Source: Chloroflexota bacterium (GTDB taxonomy: Bacteria; Chloroflexota; UBA11872; JBHOQS01). From it: a stretch of DNA of 64,000 bases. Within the stretch, counting starts at the first letter, position 1. Every line of letters starts with the position of its first letter. The stretch covers positions 2,891-66,890 of the forward strand of contig JBHOQS010000014.1 in assembly GCA_042408875.1 (NCBI GenBank), read 5' to 3'. Made by a program: the position numbers and the translations under genes. This document shows positions 53,326 through 62,564 of the stretch, piece by piece. The notes beneath the pieces are model-generated. The model was not told the origin of the DNA. It worked only from the letters and a program-made list of their open reading frames with translations, and searched no databases.

Positions 53326-54372
53326 CTACCCCTTAATCCCGGTGAGGGTGATGCCGCGAATGAACGTCCGCTGGGCAAAGAAGAAGACGATGATCACCGG
53401 GAAGGTGATCAGCACCGACGCGGCCATCAGCATGGCCCACTCAACATCGAACTCCGAGCGGAACTGCTGCAAGCCCAGGGACAGGGTGTAGAGCTCCTTG
53501 CGATTGAGGTAGATCAACGGGCCGAGGAAGTCCCGCCAGGCGCGTAAGAACTCGAAGACGATCACCGTGGCCAGGGCCGGCTTTGCCAGCGGCAGCATAA
53601 TATTCCAGTAGATGCGGAACTCGCTGGCGCCGTCGATGCGCGCCGCGTCGGTCAACTCCTGCGGGATGGTCATGAAGAACTGCCGCAAGAGGAAGATGTA
53701 GAACGCGCCACCCAGCCAGTGCGGGACAATGAGCGGCAGCGGCGTGCCGACCCAGCCCAGGGTCCGGAACACTAGGAAGAGTGGGATCAGTGTCACCTGG
53801 TACGGCAGGAACAGCGTGGCCAAGGTCAAGCCGAAGAGAATGTTGCGGCCCGGCCAGGGAATGCGTGCCAGGCTATAGGCCACCGGCGGACAGGAGACGA
53901 ACACCCCCAGCGCCGCCAGCACGGCGATCACCAGGGTGTTCCGTAAATACGTGAAGAACGGGATGAACTGCACTGCCCGCGGGTAGTTCTCCCAGACAAG
54001 CCGGTCCCAGACATCGGGCGCCTGGAAGGGCAGCCAGAGCGGCGGGATATGGTAGATGGCTGTCTTGGGCTTCAATGACGTGGCCACCATCCACCAGAAC
54101 GGCATCAGGAACGTCAGGCCGACGGTGATCAGAAAGGTGTGCAGCAGGATACGCAGGATCAGCCGGCCCTGCGGGGTGCGGTGCCAGGCCGTCACCACCA
54201 CGCGCCGGCCGGCAGGCACCGCCGCTGCCTGGCCCGGCGAGAGCGCTACAGACTGTTGTGCGCCGCCGTGCGGGGCCGGCACCGGCCGGGGCGCCATGCC
54301 GGGGCGCCCCGGCGCCTGGAGCCGCCCGGACCGGTTGTGAAGATACAGACGGAGGCGTGCCAGTGCTCGCAT
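53326..54372 (-). CDS. Carbohydrate ABC transporter permease (MalG-like)
   Basis: FLLRQFFMTIPQELTDAARIDGAS EAA motif. Confidence 0.95.
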   Translation of the reverse strand: MRALARLRLYLHNRSGRLQAPGRPGMAPRPVPAPHGGAQQSVALSPGQAAAVPAGRRVVVTAWHRTPQGRLILRILLHTFLITVGLTFLMPFWWMVATSLKPKTAIYHIPPLWLPFQAPDVWDRLVWENYPRAVQFIPFFTYLRNTLVIAVLAALGVFVSCPPVAYSLARIPWPGRNILFGLTLATLFLPYQVTLIPLFLVFRTLGWVGTPLPLIVPHWLGGAFYIFLLRQFFMTIPQELTDAARIDGASEFRIYWNIMLPLAKPALATVIVFEFLRAWRDFLGPLIYLNRKELYTLSLGLQQFRSEFDVEWAMLMAASVLITFPVIIVFFFAQRTFIRGITLTGIKG

Positions 54373-54402
54373 AATGGTGTCCTGACTAGCTGGTGCAGAT
54401 AC

Positions 54403-55365
54403 CTAGCGTGCTTCCCCGCCGTAGTAGACCCACCGCGCCGAGGTGCGAAAGATGATCACGGTGAGGACCAGCACGGCCATGAACATGAGCCAGGCCATGG
54501 CCGAGGCCACGCCAAACTTGAAGAACACGAATGCCTGGCGGTACAGCAGCATCGAGTAGAACATCAGCGCGTTGGCCGGCGTGCCTAAGCCGCCCGTCAG
54601 CACGTAGGGAATAGTGAAGAACTGGAGCGTGCCGATCAGGCTGGTAATGAGATTGAAGAAAATCACCGGCGTGATCATCGGAATAGTGACGTTCCACAGC
54701 CGCTGCCACCAGTTCGCCCCATCTACTGCCGCGGCGTCGTAGAGGTCCTGAGGCACGTCCTGCAGCCCGGCCAGGTAGATCAGCATGTTCTGACCGGCCA
54801 GCCAGAGATTGAGCAGCACCAGGGTCGGCTTGGCCCACACCTGGCTGGCCAGCCAGCCGGGGCCGGCGATGGGATGACCCAGCAGCTTTGGAATGAACTC
54901 GATGAGAGTATTCACCGTGCCATATTGGGGGTTAAACATCTGCACCCAGACGATGGAGAGGGCGACGTCCGGTACCAGCACCGGCAAGAAGTAGATGGTG
55001 CGGTAGATCGCCTGGCCGCGGATATTCAAGTTCAGCAGCAACGCCAGCATCAGCGCCCAGACGATGCCGAGCGGGATCGCCACGACGGCGTAATACAGTG
55101 TGTTATAAACGCTGGTCCAGAACACTGGATCCTGGCCGCTCAGCATGAAGGTGTAATTCTCCAGGCCGACGAAGCGCGCTGCCTGGAGGCCATTGTAATC
55201 GTGGAAGCTAAAGTAGAATGCTGCGGCAATCGGATATGCGTAAAAGAGTAGCAGACCGGCGATCCATGGCGAGGCGAAGAGTAACCCGGCAATGGTATTC
55301 CGCACCGTTGTTGGGCTAATCCGTCGCGCTTGTGCCCGCACTGCCACCGAGGCAAGTTCAGCCAT
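54403..55365 (-). CDS. Carbohydrate ABC transporter permease (MalF-like)
   Basis: YLAGLQDVPQDLYDAAAVDGA EAA motif. Confidence 0.95.
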   Translation of the reverse strand: MAELASVAVRAQARRISPTTVRNTIAGLLFASPWIAGLLLFYAYPIAAAFYFSFHDYNGLQAARFVGLENYTFMLSGQDPVFWTSVYNTLYYAVVAIPLGIVWALMLALLLNLNIRGQAIYRTIYFLPVLVPDVALSIVWVQMFNPQYGTVNTLIEFIPKLLGHPIAGPGWLASQVWAKPTLVLLNLWLAGQNMLIYLAGLQDVPQDLYDAAAVDGANWWQRLWNVTIPMITPVIFFNLITSLIGTLQFFTIPYVLTGGLGTPANALMFYSMLLYRQAFVFFKFGVASAMAWLMFMAVLVLTVIIFRTSARWVYYGGEAR

Positions 55366-55446
55366 GCAAATGCTCCTCTATCTGGAGGCCCCGAGTGGGT
55401 GCAGAGGCAAGCTTCTGCACCCACTCGGCGAGCACGGCAAGAGGTC

Positions 55447-56835
55447 TTATTTCGAGAACTTCGCCAGCTCTCGATTGACGCGCTCGGTGACGCCATCGAG
55501 GAGCTGCTTGGGCGTGCCCTTGCCGTGGATAGCATCGTCGGTGGCAGTCGCCAGCTCCGTCCAGAGCATCTGGCCCACAGGAATGTTCGGACGGAACCGT
55601 ACGATATCCTTCAAGGCCAGGAACTTGCGCCAGCGCGGATCAGTACTCTGGAACTGCTTCTCATCGAAAAGCGATAGCAGCGTGGGCACGCGGGTGAGGG
55701 CCTGGACATAGATCTTCTGTCCCTCAGTGGCCCACCATTTGGCAAAGACCCAGGCCTGATCCTTGTTCTTAACCCCACGTGGCAGCACGATGCTCCAACC
55801 GCCGCCCCAGCTCGACGTGCGCGGCCCGCCCGGCGCCTGGGGCAGTTCAACCACGTCAAACTGCTGGAACTGCTCGGGCTTCATGTAGTTCTTGAAGATA
55901 GCGATCTGCCAATCGCCATCGGCGACCATGCTGAGCAGGCCGTTTACGAAGGCGTGCTGGTCGTTCCCCTGGAAGCCTGTCTGGGAGCGGAAGGCGGCGG
56001 TGAAGTTGTCGACCGTCTCGATGCCGTACTTCTGGGCATACGAGACCATCCAGGTAAGGGCCTGCACGATCTTGGGATCGTTGGCCGTGACCTTATTCGC
56101 CTTGGCGTCGTAGAACTCGCCGCCCCACAGCCAGCCCCACGTGTAGAGCCAGCCCTGGTACGCCCACGGCACGAAGCCCATCCGGCTGAACTTCGCCCCG
56201 TCACGCCTGGTTAGCTTCTCGGCCATTTCGTCCAGCTCGGCGATGGTCTTCGGCGGCTTGTTCGGGTCGAGGCCGGCTTCCTGGAAGTGGGCCTTGTTGT
56301 AATACAGCATGCGGAAGTCGGTGGTGAACGGCGTTGCATACAGCTTACCGGCCCAGGTTGCCTCGTCCCAGGCTTCCTTCAGGAACATGCTCTGGGTGAA
56401 GTTATCCCGCTTCGCATAATCGCTGATATCGGTCAGGAAGCCCTGCGCAGCCCACGAGGTGACGATGAAGCGGTCGAAGTAGTTCATGTCCGGCGGCGTG
56501 CCGGCATTGATCGCGGTGAGCAGCTTCTCCGACGCTTGCGTGTTGCCTGAGGTCGCGACCTGGGTGTAGTTGACCTTCAGGCCGGGGTTTGCCTTCTCGA
56601 ACTCAGGCAACAGCGTGTTCTGGAGCAGTTGCCCATCCGGCGCGTTGGGCGCCCAGGGAGTCCAGAACTCCAGCGTCACCTGCTTTGCCCCGGTCTGTCC
56701 TCCGCTGCCGGCCTGCCGGCCACCCGCCTGCGGGGTGCAGGCGGCCAGGATCGTTCCAGCAACACCTGCGCTCAACCCACCGACGGCGGCCCGGCGGCTC
56801 AGCCGGGTCGCCGCAATCATAACGATGCGAGACAT
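55447..56835 (-). CDS. Carbohydrate ABC transporter solute-binding lipoprotein
   Basis: LSRRAAV Tat motif, LAAC lipobox, GTPPD, LYYNK, GGW. Confidence 0.93.
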   Translation of the reverse strand: MSRIVMIAATRLSRRAAVGGLSAGVAGTILAACTPQAGGRQAGSGGQTGAKQVTLEFWTPWAPNAPDGQLLQNTLLPEFEKANPGLKVNYTQVATSGNTQASEKLLTAINAGTPPDMNYFDRFIVTSWAAQGFLTDISDYAKRDNFTQSMFLKEAWDEATWAGKLYATPFTTDFRMLYYNKAHFQEAGLDPNKPPKTIAELDEMAEKLTRRDGAKFSRMGFVPWAYQGWLYTWGWLWGGEFYDAKANKVTANDPKIVQALTWMVSYAQKYGIETVDNFTAAFRSQTGFQGNDQHAFVNGLLSMVADGDWQIAIFKNYMKPEQFQQFDVVELPQAPGGPRTSSWGGGWSIVLPRGVKNKDQAWVFAKWWATEGQKIYVQALTRVPTLLSLFDEKQFQSTDPRWRKFLALKDIVRFRPNIPVGQMLWTELATATDDAIHGKGTPKQLLDGVTERVNRELAKFSK

Positions 56836-57204
56836 TGACCTGCTTCTCCTCTCCATGCGAGCTACCAGGTACACCGGTGACATTGCCGCTCGAGCGTCCA
56901 CGCTGCCTTCTCGAGCGTCGACACGTTATGTATCGTGGGGGCCCCAGGCCCCCACCCTGGAGTGCACCCTGCATGCCACCTGAGAGATGCCGCCGGCCGG
57001 CGGCGTCTCTGGCAGGCGCTTCAGCGCGGAACATGTCCCGATCACACAAGAGCGGCGGACGCAGATCTGCAGCCGCCGCTGCGTTGCCGGTCTAACCTGG
57101 TTTTCGCCCGCGCTCCAGGCCACTCCCCGTCAGTATACGAAGGTACACGAGGCACTGTCAAAGCGAATTTCGCGCCCCAGTGCTGCGCTCGGTGCGCTGG
57201 ACCG

Positions 57205-57996
57205 TCACGCTTCGTTCCACTGGCGCTTCAGGTACTCCCCGGCGCTGCGCAGCGCTTCAAGCGGCTCACCGACGAGACGGCACTCCAGGCTGAGCGGCCC
57301 GTCGTAGCCGATCTCTTTGAGCGCACGGAAGCCAGGCCGGAAGTCCAGATGTCCGCGCCCGGGTTGCTCGCGGTTCGAGTCCGCCACATGGACATGGACA
57401 AGGTACGCCGCTGCTTCATGGATACTCACCGGCACCTGGGCCTCCTCGAGTTGCATGTGGAAGAAATCAGCCATGATGCGCAGCGCCGGGCTGCCGATTT
57501 CCTGGCACAGGCGCACGCCGTCGCTGAGCGACCGCAGGAAGCTGGTCTCATACCGGTTGAGCGGCTCAAGCACGAGCTGCACCCCAGCGCGCTCAGCCGC
57601 CGGTGCGAGTTCGTGCAACTGCGCGATGAGCACCCTGCGCTGAAGCTCGTGCGCCGTGAACGCCGGGCTGAGGTCAGGATACTGCGGGGGCTGGTAGAGG
57701 GCCAGCAGCAGGCCTGGCGCGCCGATTTCAGCGGCGATCTCGATACGCTTTAGAGTTGCCTCCAGAGCCTCCCGCCGGGTAGTGCGCTCGAGAGCGACCA
57801 GATCGCGCCCTGGTGCGGCCGGGATAATGCAGGGCCGGATGCTGCTGCCCTGGAAGGCCTGCCTGATCTCCTCGACCGAGAGCTCGTTCACAGAGCGAAT
57901 AAGCTCGATGCCGCCATACCCGATCCGTTCCAGGTTCTCCAGCCGCTCGCCCAGTGTGCGCCCCGGGACCATGTTCTCGCGCGTCGCCAGATACAT
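57205..57996 (-). CDS. Sugar phosphate isomerase/epimerase (TIM barrel)
   Basis: LEPLNRYE, DFFHM, HVHVADSNR, GYDGPLSLEC. Confidence 0.92.
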   Translation of the reverse strand: MYLATRENMVPGRTLGERLENLERIGYGGIELIRSVNELSVEEIRQAFQGSSIRPCIIPAAPGRDLVALERTTRREALEATLKRIEIAAEIGAPGLLLALYQPPQYPDLSPAFTAHELQRRVLIAQLHELAPAAERAGVQLVLEPLNRYETSFLRSLSDGVRLCQEIGSPALRIMADFFHMQLEEAQVPVSIHEAAAYLVHVHVADSNREQPGRGHLDFRPGFRALKEIGYDGPLSLECRLVGEPLEALRSAGEYLKRQWNEA

Positions 57997-58397
57997 CGCT
58001 GCTCACTCCGCCTCTTTATCCAGTTTATCAGGATTAATCAGAATTAACCAGAATTAATCAGACGGAATCCACTCAGACTAGAATCAAGGTGAGGAGTAAA
58101 AAGTCTACACGTGTCACGTAGACTTGAGTTAAGAACTGTCACTTTGCTGAGACAGTTTTCCTCCTATATCAAGATGTCTTCTGAACGCATCACTTGAAAA
58201 GAACCCATCGAAAGGGCGCCTTGAACGCCAGGCCGTACGCATTCGCTATATCACGCGAAGACATCCTCGCTCTCGAGCTCGTGCGCGAGGCAATGCACGG
58301 AATGTGCCGCCGGCCACCGCGCGGTGCCGCGCCAGGCATTCCCGCTCATTATGCCTGCCACGGCAATGCACACCAAATGGGTGCGCTAGACCCTGCG

Positions 58398-58427
58398 TTG
58401 ACATACCCCCGTGGGGTATGGTAGGAT
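58398..58427 (+). promoter_or_regulatory. trxA promoter with CsoR/CstR/RcnR-type operator in the spacer
   Basis: TTGACA (58398)-18 nt-TAGGAT (58422). Palindrome CATACCCC-CGT-GGGGTATG at 58402-58420. Confidence 0.7.
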
Positions 58428-58568
58428 TGCTGCGAGCGATAGGGCCGGGCAGGCGTGCGAGTCGCACGCCTGCTCAATGCGGCCATGCGCTCGTAGCCAG
58501 GGTTATGCAACGGGTGTTAGTACAGGCATCACCTTTGGTACAGGTATTGCCTAAGGAGCAGGGCACTG

Positions 58569-58937
58569 ATGATGAATTTCCCGTGGAACGCGCCGGCAAC
58601 GGGCCAGGTGCATGCGGCGGAGCCAGTTACGGACGCCGACTTCGAGGCGAAGGTGTTGCAGAGTGACCTGCCCGTCTTCGTTGACTTCTGGGCGGAGTGG
58701 TGCGGTCCGTGCCGCATGATGGCGCCGGTCTATGAGCGTCTGGCCCAGCAGTTCGCCGGCAGGGCGCGTTTCTACAAGCTCGACGTCGATGAGAACCCAC
58801 GTACCGCGGAGCAGTACGGCATTCAGGGGATCCCCACCCTGATCCTGTTCAAGGGTGGGAAAGAGGCCGGTCGCCTCGTCGGCTACCCCGGCGAGGCTGT
58901 GCTGCGGAACGCGATTAGCCGGGCGCTTGGCGCGTAA
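58569..58937 (+). CDS. trxA: Thioredoxin
   Basis: DFWAEWCGPC, GIPTL. Confidence 0.95.
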   Translation: MMNFPWNAPATGQVHAAEPVTDADFEAKVLQSDLPVFVDFWAEWCGPCRMMAPVYERLAQQFAGRARFYKLDVDENPRTAEQYGIQGIPTLILFKGGKEAGRLVGYPGEAVLRNAISRALGA

Positions 58938-58966
58938 CGAGCGCACCAGATAGGCCGGTCGATCAA

Positions 58967-59014
58967 GGAGCGAGCCTGCAGGGCGGAGTGCTAGCACGCT
59001 CGCTCCCGGTTTTT
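58967..59014 (+). terminator. Probable intrinsic terminator after trxA
   Basis: GGAGCGAGC...GCTCGCTCC stem followed closely by TTTTT. Loop is long. Confidence 0.5.
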
Positions 59015-59050
59015 AGCGGTGCCTGGTCCTTCAGAATGGCTCCGTTCTAA

Positions 59051-59137
59051 AAGTAATCTAATAGTACTAATAGTAATCTAATATAAAGTAATCTACATGA
59101 AGTAATCTAAAGTAATCTAAAGTAATCTAAAAAGTAA
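59051..59137. repeat. AT-rich degenerate tandem array of AAGTAATCTA
   Basis: About six AGTAATCTA copies, the last three in exact 10-bp tandem. Confidence 0.85.
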
Positions 59138-59379
59138 AGCCAGGGGGAAACCCGCAGGCGCCAGACACGGAACCATGGAGATCTCACCCTGGCTTAGGTC
59201 TAGCGGATGCCAAGCTGGGGACCTGGCACCCGCTGACGCCTGCATCACATCCAGTACCGGTCCCAACAGTCCCGCCGATGATGCTGCAGGCGGCAGCTGT
59301 CTTGCGGCTGTTGCAACCACACAGGCAACTCTCGGAGCCGAACTGTTTCGGCGTCCCTCGCAGAAAGGCCAGCTGGGGG

Positions 59380-59461
59380 TGGCCCCGGTGGGATTCGAAC
59401 CCACACGCCTTGCGGCCTGGAATTTTAAGTTCCATGCGTATGCCAGTTCCGCCACGGGGCC
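59380..59461 (-). tRNA. tRNA-Leu (anticodon TAA)
   Basis: GGCCCCG acceptor stem, TGGAA-CTTAAAA-TTCCA anticodon arm, long variable arm, GGTTCGAATCC T-arm. TATACT -10 upstream. Confidence 0.95.
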
Positions 59462-59884
59462 GTCTACTGCTGTCGGGTTTAGTATACCCCGACAGCATAA
59501 GCACGCAAGCTGCCTGTGCTGGTTGGCGGACAGCTTACCTCCCCCGGATTCCTCCCGCGCTTGTAACCTCGGCGCGGGGTGTGCCACGATGACCATACCG
59601 ACAGTCCATGCCGATAGTCCATGCCGATAGTTATGGATACATCAGTAGCGAGCACGCACATGCTCTGCCGGGAAAGTCTGGCACGACTCTTGCTCAACGC
59701 TCGCAAAGGCATAGCGCCCCTGCACAGTACTCCCGAGGCCACTGCGGCGTGGCCTCGGGAGGAGAGGTCCGGTCGTTGGGTATTTGGTTTGAATATCAAA
59801 ATCTCTCAAGATTTCTACATAGAGTGTGAGAGCAGAGTGTTAGAGCGGCAGAGTAGATTAAAGTGCTATACAGGGGGAAGTGCT

Positions 59885-60217
59885 ATGGCAGCACAGGGGT
59901 GGGGTGGACGCTGGCGTTGGCCCTGGCAGCACACCGGCGTGCGCGAGGCGCAGCGGGGCGCGAGCTTGAAAGACGTCGCCTACTGGGCGGCCGAATGGCA
60001 GGCTCAGGCGCGTCGTGTCCAGGCGTATATCGCCGAGCATGGCCTTGAGTATGACCCTCTCGGGCTGGAGGAGCTACGCAAAGCGTGCCGGCTGGCCGAA
60101 GTCCGCTACTGGCGGGCCGTCGAAGAGTATGCCCGCCAGCGCGAGCAGACGCGTCGCGTCCTCGCCCACCTGCGCTGTCTGCTGCCACCTCACCCTCCGA
60201 GGTCTCGTGCTGCCTGA
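59885..60217 (+). CDS. Hypothetical protein (110 aa)
   Basis: GGGGGAAG RBS, helical composition, fills the gap before the cdaR stop. Confidence 0.6.
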   Translation: MAAQGWGGRWRWPWQHTGVREAQRGASLKDVAYWAAEWQAQARRVQAYIAEHGLEYDPLGLEELRKACRLAEVRYWRAVEEYARQREQTRRVLAHLRCLLPPHPPRSRAA

Positions 60218-60253
60218 GGGCTGGCTCCGGGCCGGGACTGGCGCCCCACCGCC

Positions 60254-61474
60254 TTAGCTGGCGGGCGCCAGGGTGAGCGTCACCTGGACCGGGTTCACGC
60301 GGACAACATTGACGCCCTCCGGGACGGTGACCTGTGGGCTCACTGCGTGCGTCCCCGCAGTGAGCTGCGTAGCATCGATGCGCGCCAACAGACGGTCGGC
60401 CTGCTGGAGCAGCGGGCTGGGCCCGCTCAGGGTAACCTCCACCGTCGTAGGGTTCACGGTGGCGACCAGCCCGCCAGGGAGATTCTCCAGCACGACTGCC
60501 AGCCGCACCGTCGTGCTCGCGGCGATCGGTGCGATCTGCACCCGCACGGTGACCGGCTGCTCCACCTCGAGGCTGACATTCGGTGGGCGCACCAGCGAAA
60601 CCTGGCGTTCCAACGTGCTCGTGGCGCCGCTAATATCAACGGGAGCGGTCGCGATCGTCGTGATATCTTCCACGCGGCGGGGCTCACCCAGGATGGTCAC
60701 CGTGCCTGGCGTGACCGTGATACCGCTCACAATAAAGCCCGGCGCTGGCTGGCCGCGCACGTCGGCCACCACAGAGACTGTCTTGTAGCTGGCCACCTGC
60801 CGGATCGGCACTACTACTTCGACGGTCTGCGGCTCCAGATTAGTGATGCCAGCTACATCACCCCCTAAGCGGTTTTGCGGCACCGGCCGACGCGAGACAG
60901 TGACCGACGAGCGCTCCCCCTCGATCCGTACATTGACGTTCACCTGGGTGACTTCATCGACCACACTGGCCGGCCCGCTCACTGTCACGCGGTCCGGCGT
61001 GACCTTGACCTGGTCCTCTTCAAGGCGATAGCCTAGGGCCACGTTGCCCTGGATCTGTACCCGCACCGGGACAGTCGCTGTTTTGAGCGGTTCGATCCGC
61101 ACTGGCACGCGCGGCCGGTCGATCTCCAGGACCCGCACCTGTGGATCCGAGACTTCGATGCGGACGTCGGCTTCGCGCACGCCTGGCTCCGCGCCGCTGA
61201 GGTTCACGTAGGCGACAAAGTTGCTCTCCTGGAGGCGGCTCCAGGTTTCCCGCGGTGCTGCAATGCGCAGGCGGACCGGGGTGATCTCGCCCTTGACCAC
61301 CAGCCCCTGCGGCAGCCCGCGTGTCTCGATGGGAATGCGCGTGGGAAACCAGTCCACGCGTTCGGGGTTCTCGGACGCAGTCACGACGCTCCACAGCGTG
61401 ATACTGAGCGCCAGCGAGAGCAGGTAGCGAATGATCGTCGATCGGGATAGTGCGAGCATGATGTCGGCTAGCAA
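60254..61474 (-). CDS. cdaR: CdaR/YbbR-domain regulator of diadenylate cyclase
   Basis: LSLALSITLW TM, repeated PxxVTVSGP YbbR domains; follows cdaA. Confidence 0.9.
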   Translation of the reverse strand: MLADIMLALSRSTIIRYLLSLALSITLWSVVTASENPERVDWFPTRIPIETRGLPQGLVVKGEITPVRLRIAAPRETWSRLQESNFVAYVNLSGAEPGVREADVRIEVSDPQVRVLEIDRPRVPVRIEPLKTATVPVRVQIQGNVALGYRLEEDQVKVTPDRVTVSGPASVVDEVTQVNVNVRIEGERSSVTVSRRPVPQNRLGGDVAGITNLEPQTVEVVVPIRQVASYKTVSVVADVRGQPAPGFIVSGITVTPGTVTILGEPRRVEDITTIATAPVDISGATSTLERQVSLVRPPNVSLEVEQPVTVRVQIAPIAASTTVRLAVVLENLPGGLVATVNPTTVEVTLSGPSPLLQQADRLLARIDATQLTAGTHAVSPQVTVPEGVNVVRVNPVQVTLTLAPAS

Positions 61475-61545
61475 CGATGCTGGTTAGAACTCAGGCACGC
61501 CGCGAGCAGCGGCTGCGCCAGGCACCTGAACGCATCGTCTCGACG

Positions 61546-62469
61546 CTACTTCTTCAGGGCCGGCTCACCGCGCGCCGCCGTGAGCTCGACCTGTGCCGAT
61601 CCTTCGACCCGCTTCGCCGCAGTGACTGGCTGCCCGGGCGCCGCGGGCTCACGCCGGATCATCCAGCTCGGCAGGCCATCACTCACCGTACTCACGCGCA
61701 GCAGCGGGAGCAGGAGCTTGCGCAGCTTATCCGGCGAGAGATTGCTGGTCATGTGGCCGCGCGTCGCTAGAGAGATCCGCCCGGTCTCTTCGGAGACGAC
61801 GACTGCAATCGCGTCACTCACTTCCGTCACGCCCAGCGCCGCGCGGTGGCGTGCCCCCAGCGAGCTATCGAGCGACGCGCTGGTGCTCATCGGCAGCGGG
61901 CAGCCCGCCGCGACGAGCCGGTCCCCCCGGGCGATCACCGCCAGGTCGTGCAGCGGTGAGTTCGGGAAGAATATCGTAAGGAGCAGCTCTACCGAGACCA
62001 GCGCGTCCAACTTGGTGCCACGGTCAGCGATGTCCTGCAGACCGGTCTCACGCTCGATGACGATCAAGGCGCCGTAGCGTCGCTCGGACAGTCTGGCGCA
62101 CGCCCTGACAACGTGATCGACCAGCGCTTCCGTGGTTGTCCCGGCGTGACTGGTCAGGGGCCGGTTGAGCACGTTGCCAGCGTGGCCGAGCTGCTCCAGG
62201 GCGCGCCGGAGCTCCGGCTGAAAGATCACCGGCACGGCAATGAGCAGCGCCGGGAGTGAGTTCCGTAGCAGCCAGTTAAATGACGGCAGGTTGAAGACGA
62301 AGGCCACGACGACGCCGATGATCACCACCACGATAACGCCGCGCAGCACCTGCTCGGCCGGCGTGTGATGGATCAGCGTGAGCAGCCAGAAAAAGACAAG
62401 CGAGACGAGCAGTATATCAACGATGTCACGAAAGGTGAGCCGCGAGAACAGCCAGAGCAATTGTGGCAT
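61546..62469 (-). CDS. cdaA: CdaA-type diadenylate cyclase with atypical active-site motifs
   Basis: Three TM helices, FQPELRRALE, GALIVIER, VSEETG. HDLA replaces HDGA and GARHR replaces GTRHR. Confidence 0.9.
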   Translation of the reverse strand: MPQLLWLFSRLTFRDIVDILLVSLVFFWLLTLIHHTPAEQVLRGVIVVVIIGVVVAFVFNLPSFNWLLRNSLPALLIAVPVIFQPELRRALEQLGHAGNVLNRPLTSHAGTTTEALVDHVVRACARLSERRYGALIVIERETGLQDIADRGTKLDALVSVELLLTIFFPNSPLHDLAVIARGDRLVAAGCPLPMSTSASLDSSLGARHRAALGVTEVSDAIAVVVSEETGRISLATRGHMTSNLSPDKLRKLLLPLLRVSTVSDGLPSWMIRREPAAPGQPVTAAKRVEGSAQVELTAARGEPALKK

Positions 62470-62564
62470 GGCGTCCTGCTCCTCCTTTCGTGTCGAGCTG
62501 TGTCCTGTTACCACACCGCACGTTCCCGTGCGGTGCAATAGCGCTGCTCTCCCACCGGCTCGGA

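Noticed and set aside
58194-58424. 76-aa ORF upstream of trxA
   Set aside because: TTG start without RBS, overlaps the trxA promoter, no motif.
59045-59140. CRISPR array or replication origin
   Set aside because: Units are about 10 bp with no unique spacers, no cas genes, and no DnaA boxes seen.
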